From NCBI GenBank assembly GCA_024278375.1, contig JAJRTH010000092.1:6193-70192 (forward strand): a stretch of DNA of 64,000 bases. Direction: 5' to 3'. Shown here in pieces: positions 18,197 through 29,304 of the stretch. The notes beneath the pieces are model-generated. The model saw nothing but the letters and a program-made list of their open reading frames with translations. It was not told the DNA's origin and did not search any database. Source of the DNA: an archaeon. Lineage in GTDB: Archaea; Thermoplasmatota; Thermoplasmata; WALJ01. The stretch's first letter is position 1; each line of letters opens with the position of its first letter. The position numbers and the translations under genes are program-made.

Positions 18197-21121
18197 TCAT
18201 TTCCTCCTTTTCGCCCATATCACCAGAAATGTCGGCAGTATGAATACCGAGAGCAGGAAGCTGAACAGTATCGATATCGTGGATATCTCCCCGAACTGTC
18301 TCAGCGGAGGCATGGAAGACAGCATAAGGACTCCGAACCCGCCCATCGTCGTTGCGGCGGCACTGAATATGGCACTCCCCGTATGCCTGACAGCGGTCCT
18401 GACCGCCTCTTCGGGAGAGGAGCCGTCAAGTTCTTCCAGGAATCGGTGGGTCAGATGTATCGAATATGTTATTCCGAGCCCTATGGTGAGGGCAGTAATT
18501 GTAACGGTCATCATGTTGAAACCAAGCCCGACCAGATACATCATGCCCATGGACCACAGCAGCGCTATGGCCACCGGAAGGGTGGTTATCAGCCCTATTG
18601 CAAGGACCCTTCTGAGATAATAGAATACCGCCGTCAGGATTATGAGAGATATCGCTAGGGTGATCATCAGAGAATTCCACTGGCTGTTCTGCAGGCTCGT
18701 TGTTATGGTGTAGATGAGTATGGAACCTCCCGTGACCACCGTCTCGTATCCCGCATCTCGGAGCGGTTTCGCATCCTCTCTCAGTTCCGAAAGAAGCACA
18801 GCGTGTTCCGAATTGGATTCTGATGTGCCCTTTATGCGCATAAGAGCGCTCTCATACGTGCCGTTTTCCCTGTACAGCACATACTTCGTCCTTTCGTCGT
18901 GTTCGAAGAGCCAGTCATAGATGCTTGCGATATTGGAATCCGGAAGTCCGTCCCCGTCGCTATCTGCAGAAGCGCCAAGCGCCCTGAAACTCGCGTTTTT
19001 TCCGTAAATGTCCCGTATCACCGTTGTTATGTCCTGCGATTCCGAGAGAGAGACATACCTGTCATCCGCCATCTCCGCTCTCGTGTTCTCTATCGCCCTT
19101 AGGAGTTCGGGAGAGGTCAGATCGCCCTTTATTAGGATGTAACTGTCCTCCATAGCCGAACTCTGGAAGTGCTCCATGATATATGTCATGGTTTCTGCGG
19201 AAATGGAGTTTTCGGGAAGGAAATCGCTCTCACTGAAGTTCGTATCCAGGTTTGTGGCACCGTAGAGGGATGCGAGAGATATAACAATCACTATACCCAG
19301 CACCTTGTATGGATGGTGTTCTGCGCCTATCGCACCCACGGCCAGTATCCTGTTGAGCACCAGCAATCCGCTTTCCGTCCTCTTACCTCTCTCTTTTATC
19401 ACTTCCAGACCCTTCTTTTCCCGTCTCCCGTCAATGATGACCTTGGCGGAGGGTATGAAGGTGAGATTGATGATAAAGGCCGAAAATATGCCGAAGGCAT
19501 TCATAATACCGAAGTCTCTGAGCGGAGGGATCGGTGATGATATGTTGGAGAGAAAGGAAACTATGGTGGTCACAGTGGTCAGTATGAGGGCCATGCCAAG
19601 GTGCGCTTCCATGGAGATCGTCGCTTTTTTCACATCCTTTCCGGCCCTTATCTCCTCCCTGTATCTCATTATGGTATGTATTGCGTAGTCTATCCCCAGA
19701 CCGACTATCAGGACGGCAACGGTTGTGCTTATCTGATTGAAGGTCATGTTCGCCATCACACCGAAGCCGTAGGTCCATATTATAGCCATGAAGAGCCCAA
19801 TAAGACCCAGCAAAGTATCAAGAAAGGACCTGAAAATGACCAGAAGAATCAATATGACCAGGATGAACACCACCGGAAGTAGAACCTTCGATGTCTCGTC
19901 CATAGTCTCTTTCATGTCTTCGTCCATCAGTCTCAGGCTCATGACAAGGTATTCGCCGCCACCATCAAAGGAATCGGCAATGCCCTTGATTTTCAGGTGA
20001 ATTCTCACCATCCTGTCCGAGAACTCCTTGTCGCCCTCACCCGCCTTTTGCGTACCGTTTAGATTTATAATCATAAGAGAAGCGCTAGCCTCGGGCACGG
20101 CAGGGTCAAAGTCCTCGGAAATCATCTTCTTCATCTGTTCCTTTGCCGCCGATATTGACGAGGGGTCCATCGAGGCGATCATGGTTTCGAGGTTCGACCC
20201 CATTTCGGAAAAATTCTGTGACATGGAGGAAAACGTCGCATATGCTTCGGTGAATGTCATGTTCACGGTGGTATTTGAATATACAGGCACGGTGCCCAGG
20301 CAGTCATCGATTTTCAAGGACAGGGAAATGCTATATGCGGATAGGTCGGAACTCAGTTTGGACAGGGCCGCAGCGGAACTCTGAAACTCCCTTCCAAGTT
20401 CCATGAACTCTGCGCTATCCATGGGAGTGCCGTATCTGAGTATGTTGTCTATCTCTTCCAGACTCATGTTTTCCAGATGGGATATCTTATCGTCCGCGGA
20501 CATTTCCGAGGAAAACGCCGGAGGGCTCATCTCGAACCCTGAATTCCCGCTGTATTAGAGAAACGAGTCCAGAGCCACATATGCCATATCCAAGCCGGCA
20601 CTGACATTTTCCGCCGAGGCGTTCGAATTGTAGAGAAGAAGATAATTGGATAACAGGTAGTCGATGCCGGAAAACGATGCGTTCAGCGCCTCCATCTCTT
20701 TTGTTGCGTTTATGACCCGCTGCATGAACTCCGCATACGCCTTGCCGCCCATGTCCATCATCACGACCATGTCCGCAACACTAAAAACGCTGTTTTCCGG
20801 ATTTTTAGGGGTTTGCAGAGCCTCGGATAGCTCTCTGTCCGCCAGGATCTCCTTTTCCAATCTCAGTTGTTCCAAGAGAGCCTCCTTGGTCAGGACATTG
20901 TCGTCTTTCACGACTATCTGGACCATCTCCACCCCTCCATATGTATCCTGGATTTCGGTGTATGCCCTCGAAATCTCATCATCGGGCATGAAACTGTGAA
21001 AATCTGAGGTCATACTCATCTGAGAGGCATAGGAACCGAATATGATGGTGATCAGGATGATGGTCGCTATGACCTTTCCCGGATTTTTCGCAACCGCTTT
21101 TCCGAACGTCTCCGTATTCAT
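18197..21121 (-). pseudogene. RND/MMPL-family (HAE3-like) exporter interrupted by one in-frame TAA (20555-20557)
   Basis: ORFs 20555-21202 and 18197-20530 are in the same frame (CTC TAA TAC AGC GGG...). GLGIDYAIH and GLGITYSIH motifs in duplicated TM halves. Confidence 0.85.
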
Positions 21122-21258
21122 ATGATCGGCCCCGCAAAGACGGCTTTGTATATAATAATTTGCTCCTAACAAATGGATTCTATCAAAAAATGTGTCATTC
21201 ATCCATTCAGAATGGGCAAAATAGCAAATTTTAAGTACTATGTGTCCATGAGACGCCT

Positions 21259-22262
21259 ATGAACCTCACCACAATGGAAAAAAGGTCCTTCTGGGATATC
21301 TACGCAATCCCGATGCCGAGGCCAGGGAACTGGCGGATATTCTGGATATAAACTTCTGGAGCGTTCTTAAAGCCAGAAAAAGACTGCTGGACTTCGGGAT
21401 ACTGAGATTCGCCCTCATACCGAACCTCGGAAGAATCGGTGCGGAGATAATATTCTCCGGCTTCGGCTCGGTCAAGAACTCAGGTGTGAACAGGGCGGCG
21501 GATATAATGAGCGAGAGCTTCTTTTTCATGGCCAGGGAGGACGGGAAGGGATTTGCCATGGGAATATCAAAGGATTACACGGGATTTTACGGCGACCTTC
21601 TGGATTTTGCCGGGAGATACGGCTACATAAGACCCGACTATTTCGGCGTCAAAGTGCTGCCGGTCAGATTCACCACTTTCTGGAGATTCGGGGATTTTTA
21701 TGAGCTTATCTCAAATAATTACGGCATTGAGGTCGAAAGAATAGGCAAGAGGGAGGAGATGCACGGCGAATACTTTTTCAGAAAGGGTGAGGAGGAGGTA
21801 TACGCAACATTGCTGGAACATCCCGGCTGGTCCGGAGAGAGGATAGCGAAGCATCTCGGCACCAGCAGACAGAGGGTTCTGAGACTGAGGGAAAAGTTCT
21901 CCTCAGAGGGTCTGTACGACAAAAAGGCCATAGTCGACGTAAAAAGGATGGGATACGAGGTACTGCTCTTCGTTTCGTGGAAAACGACACCTTCCGCCTA
22001 TGACGAGATGATAGAAAAGATGAGAGCGCATCCGATGCCCCCGGTGGTTTTTGCGGCCAGCACTCCGGCCGAAGGTTTCGCCATCGCAATCTTCAAGAAT
22101 TTCAGAGAGAGCAGGGAAATCACTGCCCGGTTGTCTGCATGGGTCAATCCGGAAAAGAGCATGCCGGAGGAGCCCGAATTGATGTTCCTATCCATACAGG
22201 ATACCAGATTTACAAGGTATTTCGAGTTCGGAGAATCCGTTAGGAATATTTTAAAAGAATAG
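21259..22262 (+). pseudogene. Tandem Lrp/AsnC-like wHTH transcriptional regulator; frameshift in A6 run (21278-21283)
   Basis: Adding one A gives MNLTTMEKKVLLGYLRNPDAEARELADILDINFWSVLKARKRLLDFGIL...IPNLGRIG, continuous with ORF 21486-22262, which carries a second HTH (HPGWSGERIAKHLGTSRQRV). Divergent from the RND gene. Confidence 0.75.
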
Positions 22263-22341
22263 ATAAAACAAACATCCCGATTTGTACAGAAACGGGAAGC
22301 CTTTAAATATGAGAAGAGAGAAGGAGAATTGGGTATGGGAA

Positions 22342-22953
22342 ATGAATGAAAGAGACCTTAAATTAGAAGAGGCTTTATCAAGTCAGCTGGGTGTGGACGG
22401 GAACGACTACATGTTCACAACGAAGCAGGTGTTCCTGGTAAGAGTTAATCTCGTAATACTGAAACTCCTGCTTGAAGAGAGAAAGAAAAGAGGCATAGCG
22501 GTTGTGCTGGACAGGCCGCACGGATATCTGGCGCATCTTTTGACACTGCATAAGATAGACCAGACGAACCTTTCGTACATAGACACCGTCGCCAAGTTTT
22601 CCGGTGACTGTGTGTTCGAGGACCCTAAGAAGGTCATATACACGAACGGACCTTTCCATGTGGAACTGCTGCTCAACGCTTTTTCCGAGGGATATACCGA
22701 TGATTTCCAGACCAAGGAGATAGACATGAGCGAGGTGGATTTCATAATAATAGATAACATCGCGACTGCCCTTACATACAATACCATGGAATCGATAGCT
22801 ATGTGCTGCGAGGCCCTTAGGAAACTTGCGGAGGAGCACGACATACTATGTGTCGTGGGGGTCGATCCGGATGCTCACAGGTCTCTTTATTCACTTCTAA
22901 AGGGATATATGACCAATGAGATAAAGATAGAGGAGAGGTGGTTACATGGATGA
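22342..22953 (+). CDS. Degenerate RecA/KaiC-like domain protein (no Walker A), partner of the downstream KaiC-like ATPase
   Basis: LDRP, YIDTV, FIIIDNIATALTYN resemble inactive KaiC-type folds; overlaps the next gene by 8 nt. Confidence 0.6.
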   Translation: MNERDLKLEEALSSQLGVDGNDYMFTTKQVFLVRVNLVILKLLLEERKKRGIAVVLDRPHGYLAHLLTLHKIDQTNLSYIDTVAKFSGDCVFEDPKKVIYTNGPFHVELLLNAFSEGYTDDFQTKEIDMSEVDFIIIDNIATALTYNTMESIAMCCEALRKLAEEHDILCVVGVDPDAHRSLYSLLKGYMTNEIKIEERWLHG

Positions 22954-23680
22954 TGTTGCGGATGAAACATGGGAAAGTCATGAGGAAGGTGAGGAATTGC
23001 AAAAAAGCGAGATCTTCAGGATACCTTCGGGAATCCCGGGACTGGATGATATGATCGAGGGCGGATTTCCGTTCCCCTCCGTCGTACTTGTGGCGGGGAG
23101 CGCCGGAACCGGAAAGACAACGTTCTCTCTTCAGTTCCTATTCGCCGGTGCGGAGAACGGAGAGCAGGGGTTGTTTTTCACTACTCTAAGCGAACCGACA
23201 CACTGGATGCTTCAGTACTCTTCAAATTTCAGTTTCGTAAAAAAGGAGTATTTCGGCAATCTGATAAGGTATGTGGATCTGGGATCGATGTTGAACAGGC
23301 CAATCGATGAGATACTGAACTACATAAATGAGAAGATAGCGGAGACAATGCCGCAGAGAATCGTGATAGACCCCGTGACCATAATCGGGAACATAGTCAA
23401 AGAAAACTACAGGAAGTTCCTTTTCGACCTGACGAACTCGCTCAAGAGCTGGCAGGCGGTAACTCTTCTAACGGGCGAGGTAAGGCCGGGAGAGATGTAT
23501 CCGGTGGAGGTATCGTACGCAGCGGACTCGGTGATACTGCTGTCACTAAAAGCAGAGGGAAATGCGAGAAGAAAGTATCTGGAAGTACTGAAAATGAGAG
23601 GTACGGACCACAGGACAGGAGCATATCCCGTAAGCATAACACGCGAAGACGGTTTCGTGGTCCTGAGAGCAAGGTTCTAG
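22946..23680 (+). CDS. KaiC/RAD55-family RecA-superfamily ATPase (single domain)
   Basis: [42 protein letters not shown]. Confidence 0.9.
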   Translation: MDDVADETWESHEEGEELQKSEIFRIPSGIPGLDDMIEGGFPFPSVVLVAGSAGTGKTTFSLQFLFAGAENGEQGLFFTTLSEPTHWMLQYSSNFSFVKKEYFGNLIRYVDLGSMLNRPIDEILNYINEKIAETMPQRIVIDPVTIIGNIVKENYRKFLFDLTNSLKSWQAVTLLTGEVRPGEMYPVEVSYAADSVILLSLKAEGNARRKYLEVLKMRGTDHRTGAYPVSITREDGFVVLRARF

Positions 23681-24159
23681 AACTTATAACCTATCTTCCT
23701 CAAAAACCCTCTTCTTTTTTTCACATGTTCTTCATCCTCGATTCCCAAGGGGCCGTGTCCGTCTATCACTCCCAATATGCCTCTTCCTCTGTCGTTCTCG
23801 GCCACTATAACAGATATCGGATTGGCCGTCGCGGCGAAAATCGTGCACACCTCCGGAACCTGTTTTATGGCCCTAAGTATGTTTATCGGATATGCATTTT
23901 CGAGGAAAATTATGAAACTATGTCCCGCACCTATTTTCATGGCGTTCCTGGCTGCGAGTTCTTTCAGTCCTTCGTCATTCCCCTCAACCCTGACGAGCCT
24001 GTCCGCCGAAGCTTCGCAGAATGCCAATCCGAACTTGGCCTGGGGTACTGTGTTCACAATCGCCTCGTATATGTCCTCCACGGTTTTTATGAAATGGCTC
24101 TGGCCCAGTATGAGATTCATCTCTTCCGGTTTTTCGATAGCAACTTCTTTCAGATTCAT
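23677..24159 (-). CDS. Adenosine-specific kinase family protein (DUF355)
   Basis: [55 protein letters not shown]. Confidence 0.9.
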   Translation of the reverse strand: MNLKEVAIEKPEEMNLILGQSHFIKTVEDIYEAIVNTVPQAKFGLAFCEASADRLVRVEGNDEGLKELAARNAMKIGAGHSFIIFLENAYPINILRAIKQVPEVCTIFAATANPISVIVAENDRGRGILGVIDGHGPLGIEDEEHVKKRRGFLRKIGYKF

Positions 24160-24297
24160 GGGTGGTCATCACTCCGGGGGATTAAAATTTTGCGAAAGCA
24201 AGGGGGATTTCTATGGGTCGAACACAAAAAGTCACAGCATCAGGGGAGAGCATATGCATCCTGAGGAGGCTCCCGCCATGAGTTTGTTAGGCGTTAA

Positions 24298-25092
24298 TTA
24301 TTCTCTCCAGTCCCAGCCGACTGTTCTGAGGCCTATTTTCGGTATTATCGGCGTTTTTCTCTTGTGAGCGCTCCTCCTCACCATTTCTCTTATTCTGGCA
24401 ACCTCTTTTTCCTCTATGTTGCATTCCTCCGCGATGTCCTCATCGTCGAGATCCTTTTCTATACCCTGGAGTATCCGGTCCAGTGTTTCATAGCCCATTC
24501 CGAGGTCGTCCTCATCTGTCTGTCCGGGATGAAGCCCTGCGCTCGGCTTTTTCCTTATGAATTTCTCTGGAACACCGACGTGCTTCGCAAGCTCGACCAC
24601 CTGTGTCTTGTAAAGGTCCCCGAGAGGCATGAAATCCGCCCCTCCGTCGCCGAATTTCGTGAAATAACCGGTCAGAAGCTCCGATTTGTTGCTCGTGCCC
24701 ATCACAATCAGGTTTCTATCGTAGGCATAACCATATAGAAGAGCCATCCTCGCCCTTGCTTTTATGTTTGCCAAAGCATACCTGGAAACACCGCCCAGAG
24801 AATTAAAAAACTCATCCGCAATGCCCTCAATCTCAATGATTTTGTATTCAATGCCCATATCTTTCGCATACTCCTCCGCATCCCTCGCATCCTCGTTACC
24901 TTCCATTCTTTCGGGCATGAGGAGCGCATGCACCTTCTCATTCCCCAGAGCGTCAACACATAGTTTAAGAACCACAGCGGAATCGAGACCGCCACTTAGA
25001 CCTATAACGGCTCCGGAAGCACCCGTCTCTTCCATCTTGTCCAGAATGAAGCGTCTGATGATTTTTTCCGTCTCCTGAACGTCCATGCTCAT
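24298..25092 (-). CDS. nadE: NH3-dependent NAD+ synthetase
   Basis: GLSGGLDS, NIKARARM, GTSNKSE, GYFTKFGDG, DLYKTQV, PSAGL..GQTDE, HKR. Confidence 0.96.
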   Translation of the reverse strand: MSMDVQETEKIIRRFILDKMEETGASGAVIGLSGGLDSAVVLKLCVDALGNEKVHALLMPERMEGNEDARDAEEYAKDMGIEYKIIEIEGIADEFFNSLGGVSRYALANIKARARMALLYGYAYDRNLIVMGTSNKSELLTGYFTKFGDGGADFMPLGDLYKTQVVELAKHVGVPEKFIRKKPSAGLHPGQTDEDDLGMGYETLDRILQGIEKDLDDEDIAEECNIEEKEVARIREMVRRSAHKRKTPIIPKIGLRTVGWDWRE

Positions 25093-25127
25093 CTATGGAA
25101 ACCACTGTGATATAAAGATTTTCGGAG

Positions 25128-25189
25128 AAAAAAGGGGTGAGGGCTAGTTTGTCGGACGGGATGCACTCAACTCCTAGCCCGAAATCCCC
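25128..25189 (-). ncRNA. Candidate stand-alone hairpin small RNA (about 60 nt)
   Basis: Minus strand GGGG-AUUUC-GGGCUAG-GA-GUUG...CGAC-AAA-CUAGCCC-UCA-CCCC-UUUUUU: nested stems, a TATA box about 24 nt upstream and a U-tract downstream. Confidence 0.5.
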
Positions 25190-25210
25190 GGTAATCTTCT
25201 TTTCAATTGT

Positions 25211-25228
25211 CCTATATATACCTTTTCG
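25211..25228 (-). promoter_or_regulatory. BRE/TATA promoter (CGAAAAGG-TATATATA-GG) upstream of the candidate sRNA
   Basis: Consensus-like BRE plus TATA; the same 13-mer cctatatatacct recurs at 47228-47240. Confidence 0.6.
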
Positions 25229-25279
25229 ATTTACGAAGGCCTTTTTAGGAAGAAACCTTAAAAAATAAAGATAGATTGT

Positions 25280-26149
25280 TTACAGAAAACCCGATTTCTG
25301 GAGCAACATGAGGTCTTCGGTACTGAGTTTCTCGCCTTTTTTGAACCTCTCATATATCTCTTTCGCTCTTTCTTTGCTCTCCTTTTCCCCTTCTTCCCTT
25401 CTCCTTGATTTCTTGTGTCTGAGACCTGCAAGAACCTTGTCGAAATCGCTGACTTTCTTCATGGCCTCCAGGAATTCCCTGTGCTCTTCATCTGATTTCA
25501 GTTTTGCCTCTATGAACTTTTCCTGGGCCTCATCCGCCTCCTCCCTGAGTTTGTCGGCCTGTTCGAAGAGTTCCACCATCTTTTCGTGCTCTTCCTGGGC
25601 CTCATCCGCATATTTCGAGACCAGTTGGTGGTATTCTTCCGCCTTTTCCTTTATCTCTTCAGCCTTCTTTTTGAGCCTCTTTATCTCCTCGCTTTCTTCC
25701 AATCTTTCTTCGATATCTTTTATCTGCTTCTGGAGTCTGGCAAGGAGCTCTATTATCTCCATCTCCTTTTCCTTGGTGAGAACCTGCGTCATCTGTTTGA
25801 ACTCGAGAGCCTTGAGCTGCGCTTTGAGTTTACCGAGAGGTACGCCGTTTTTCGGCATCTGTTCCCTCTTTTTTCTGGCTATCTCTTTCTCTATCTCCCT
25901 GTATTTCTTGTTCCATTTGTCCCTCAGGACCTTCGTTTCCTTCACCTTTTCGTTGAACTGGTCCCTCTTTTCTTTGTGCAGATTCCCTTCTTTGGCCAGC
26001 GCTCTGGCCTTTTTGTTGAGTTCGTCCCTTTTGTTCGCCCACTTTTTGGCCTCTTCGTTGAGAGCATCTCTTCTCTTGCGGTGTTTCATTGCTTCATTAT
26101 ACGCTTTTTCTCTCTTTTTTTCCAGGTCGTCAGTGAGTTCTCCAGCCAT
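25280..26149 (-). CDS. Archaeal coiled-coil protein (COG1340-like)
   Basis: Repeated KRD.LN, EFKQMT, AQEEHEKM, C-terminal KKGEKLSTEDL..LQK. Confidence 0.85.
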   Translation of the reverse strand: MAGELTDDLEKKREKAYNEAMKHRKRRDALNEEAKKWANKRDELNKKARALAKEGNLHKEKRDQFNEKVKETKVLRDKWNKKYREIEKEIARKKREQMPKNGVPLGKLKAQLKALEFKQMTQVLTKEKEMEIIELLARLQKQIKDIEERLEESEEIKRLKKKAEEIKEKAEEYHQLVSKYADEAQEEHEKMVELFEQADKLREEADEAQEKFIEAKLKSDEEHREFLEAMKKVSDFDKVLAGLRHKKSRRREEGEKESKERAKEIYERFKKGEKLSTEDLMLLQKSGFL

Positions 26150-26309
26150 ATAAAAGCCTCATGTGGGTATAAGGCCCATAAAAGGGTGTGCTTTATAATG
26201 CTTTCGACAGAAAAAGTTTCTTCGCAACGGAGCGTCGGGTCCGAGAAAGCATCCTTATGGGGTTTGGAAAGACACGAAAGTTTTTTACCGCATCATCTCA
26301 TCATCTACC

Positions 26310-26879
26310 GTGAAATCCCACATAAGAGTCCTCGGTATAGACGACGGACCCTTCGATTTCGGTGATGACAGGGCAATTTTCGCAGGAATCCTTATCAGAC
26401 TGCCTTCCTATATGGAAGCGGTTTCACTCGAGACCGTGGAGGTCGACGGCAAGGACTCCACCGAAAGGATATGTGAAATGGTGGTCAGTAACTGATGGCA
26501 ACATCTGTTACATGCGATACTGATAGATGGTGCGGCCCTCGGGGGATTCAACATCGTCGATCTGAAAGCTCTCAGCAAGAAAACAGGGATTCCGTCGATA
26601 ACGGTCACATCCGAGAGACCCGACATGGAATCGATAAAAGAGGCTCTGAAGGGGCATTTCTTCCGGTGGGAAGGGAGATATGCAATGCTTGAAAGGAGGG
26701 GGCTCCACGAGATACGGGTCGAGGAAGGTACGGTATATATTTCGTTCGAGGGCACCGACCTGAAAAATGCCATTGAGATTGTGAGAAAGAGCATAATCAG
26801 GGGTCTTAGGCCGGAACCTGTCCGGATGGCCCATATGGTGGCGAGAGCGTGTGCAGAACTCCGCTCGGAGGGCTTTTAG
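26310..26879 (+). pseudogene. DUF99/UPF0215 (endonuclease V-like) protein with in-frame TGA at 26493-26495
   Basis: RVLGIDDGPF, VDG.DST, then through the stop in the same frame ILIDGAALGGFNIVD, PDMESIKEAL, PEPVRMAH. Confidence 0.85.
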
Positions 26880-27745
26880 TGGTGCGTTTGAGACTGGAAA
26901 AGGTGAAACCTGCCGACAGGGAACAGGTTGAGGAGCTCTGCAGCAGAATATGGAACGGGCACGATTACATACCGCAGGTTTTCGATGAATGGGTAAGGGA
27001 GGGAGGATTTTACTGCGGAAAAATCGGAGACAGGATAGTCGCTCTGGATAAGTACACATGGCATAAGAACGGAGTGCTGTGGCTCGAAGGTCTCAGGGTC
27101 CACCCGGATTTCCAGGGAATGGGCATCGGCAGGGAAATGGTCGAGCTCATGTGGGATCTGATAAGCGGGCTTCCGTATTCTTCCCTGAGATTCATGACGT
27201 CAGAGGCCAATGTTGAGAGCATACATCTGGCTGAAAAGAAGGGTTTCAGGATAATGGCTGAATACCATTACCTGACACTTACGGAGGAGGAGCTGAAGGA
27301 GTTCGAGATAAAAGGGGATTTTACGGGAGTGAGGGAGGAAAAGGACCCGGAAAAGGCTTTTGAACCCGTGCGCTCCACGTAAGAATACGAAGAGAACAGG
27401 AGGCAGTATCTCGCGTACTGGGTCGCCTATGACATCACGGAATCCCTAATCGAACAGGAAGTGAATCTTGGAAGGTGCTTGGTGCATGTGAAGAACGGAA
27501 AGGAGGATGCCATAGCCTTCTTCTATCCCTATGAACCCAGGGACACGATGAGCATAGCGTTCATCGGAGGAAATGAGAAAGGAATGGAGGAACTCATAAG
27601 GTTCGGAATCTCGCTAACATCTGAGAAAGGATACGGAAGATTGACGGTGAAGAGCGCCTCGGAGAATGCTATAAAAGCAGCAAAGAGGGCAGGGATGAAG
27701 GAGAGGGAGATAGGAATGGCGATGGTGTGGGAGAAAAAGCGATAG
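26879..27745 (+). pseudogene. GNAT-family acetyltransferase with in-frame TAA at 27380-27382
   Basis: IWNGHDYIP, WLEGLRVHPDFQGMGIG, N..S..LAEKKGF. ORF 27461-27745 is in the same frame with open codons in between. Confidence 0.8.
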
Positions 27746-27776
27746 GTCTTTATGGATGCAGAAGGCTCTGAAACCA

Positions 27777-29039
27777 TCAGACTTCCAGAGAGAAGCTCCA
27801 AGCAGGGATTATTTCTATGGTACCGTATTCGGTTTCCACCGTATCTCTGATGTTTTTCGATATCAGAATTCCCCTTTTAACCCCGTACTTCCTCATGAAC
27901 TGCATCAGGCCTTTGAAATCACCTTTCCCTATACTTCCCTGATACTTAACCTCTACTGGAATGGGACCGTCATCGGTTTCCATTATTATATCGACTTCAT
28001 CCTTCCGAGGAGTCCTCCAGAAGAACCTGACAGTATCCACGGTGAAAAAGCACTGCTCGGCCATCTTCCCCATATCAGGCTCCTTTCTCGCAATCATCGA
28101 TAGAGAGGTGTTTGCCAGATACGCCTTCTTCATCTTTCTCTCGCTAACCATGCCGCTCTCAGAGTAGTTGTATCCCAGTTTAAGGAGGTATGCGTCCTGA
28201 AGGTGATGTACATATCTGGAAACCCTCACCCTGCTTATGCTTTCTCCGTTCCCTATGGCCCCCGCAATCGAGGAATAGTCCATGAGCATGCCGGGTTCCG
28301 AGGCCACTATATCCACTATTTTCATCAGAAGATGTGGGTTCTCTATAGAGAATATCAGAGGGATGTCTATGAACACCACTTTCTCGATTATGCTTCTGAC
28401 ATAATCCCGAACCCCATCATCGTCCTCGTTGAGCACCTCTATATACTGCCTTTTCAGGTATCTGTCGAACTCTGCTTCCAGATTCTTCTCGAACATCCCG
28501 GTTTTTTCCAGCATATAATCTTTATCCGTGAAGACCAGATATTCCCTGAAACTCAGGGGGCCCATGTGAAATTCCTTAACACGGCCTGCGAGGCTCTCAC
28601 GGATGCCCTGCCTTATGAAAAGAGATGCTGAGCCCGAGACTGTGAATTTAAGGTTATCATAGGAATCGTAGAAGTACTTTATCTGTTCCTGCCAGCCATC
28701 CAGCTTCTGGATCTCGTCCAGAAATACATAGTGTCTCTGCTTCGACTCCAGAATATCAACCCCGAGCCTGGCCTCATACTCTCTCATCAGCTCTCTTATG
28801 GGCGGTTGCTCCTCGTCGAATGAGAAATAAAGTATGCTGTATCTATCATCTCCTTCCTTTATCAGCTCGTCTATCATCTGCTTCATTATCGTGGTCTTCC
28901 CCACCCTTCTGGTGCCTGTTATGACGGTTATGTGTATGCTTTTCAGGGATTTCCATAGTTCAGGATATATCTCCCTCTTTCTCTCATAGCCGTAGAAATA
29001 CCCTTTTCTCCAGTGGAAATTGTGATATTCAAGGTCCAT
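27777..29039 (-). CDS. AAA+ ATPase, COG1373 type (AAA_14 + wHTH + DUF4143 / PD-(D/E)xK-like C-terminus)
   Basis: GTRRVGKT, FLDEIQ, SGSAS, ESLAGR, PLSFREY, KKAY, EVDII...PVEVK. Confidence 0.9.
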   Translation of the reverse strand: MDLEYHNFHWRKGYFYGYERKREIYPELWKSLKSIHITVITGTRRVGKTTIMKQMIDELIKEGDDRYSILYFSFDEEQPPIRELMREYEARLGVDILESKQRHYVFLDEIQKLDGWQEQIKYFYDSYDNLKFTVSGSASLFIRQGIRESLAGRVKEFHMGPLSFREYLVFTDKDYMLEKTGMFEKNLEAEFDRYLKRQYIEVLNEDDDGVRDYVRSIIEKVVFIDIPLIFSIENPHLLMKIVDIVASEPGMLMDYSSIAGAIGNGESISRVRVSRYVHHLQDAYLLKLGYNYSESGMVSERKMKKAYLANTSLSMIARKEPDMGKMAEQCFFTVDTVRFFWRTPRKDEVDIIMETDDGPIPVEVKYQGSIGKGDFKGLMQFMRKYGVKRGILISKNIRDTVETEYGTIEIIPAWSFSLEV

Positions 29040-29072
29040 AATATATCATAAAACCAGCACATATTTAAAGTT

Positions 29073-29127
29073 TATGTCATGCTCACATAACATATTCTTT
29101 AAGTTTATGTCATGTCGGGATGACATA
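29073..29127. promoter_or_regulatory. Two tandem palindromic operator-like sites, TATGTCAT-N6-AT(G/A)ACATA, 33 bp apart
   Basis: 29073-29094 has one mismatch and 29106-29127 is perfect. Both lie immediately upstream of the TTTAAATA box of the ATPase gene. Confidence 0.7.
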
Positions 29128-29304
29128 TTGTTAAAAATGGTGTGTGAATAATGCCGGCCGGAGACGGGATTGAGGGATTCGGCGTTTTTAATGGTTTTTA
29201 TTGAAGTTTTCTATACGATGGGAGAGGAAGCAGGAGAAGATTTAAAAATATACTGACTATCGAAGGCTAGGAAACCAGAAAATGTTCAGCATAGGAGATT
29301 AAAC

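Noticed and set aside
21274..21287. Programmed -1 frameshift at AAAAAAG in the Lrp-like regulator
   Set aside because: In the ATG21259 frame the codons are GAA AAA AGG, so the heptamer is not in the canonical X XXY YYZ phase. A homopolymer indel is simpler.
24200..24297. Possible sRNA between nadE and the DUF355 gene (GCATATGC palindrome, TCAGG/CCTGA)
   Set aside because: The stems are short, with no clear promoter or C/D or ACA boxes; indistinguishable from chance.
29060..29130. CRISPR array
   Set aside because: Only two units with 6-nt variable cores and no cas genes; this fits operators better.
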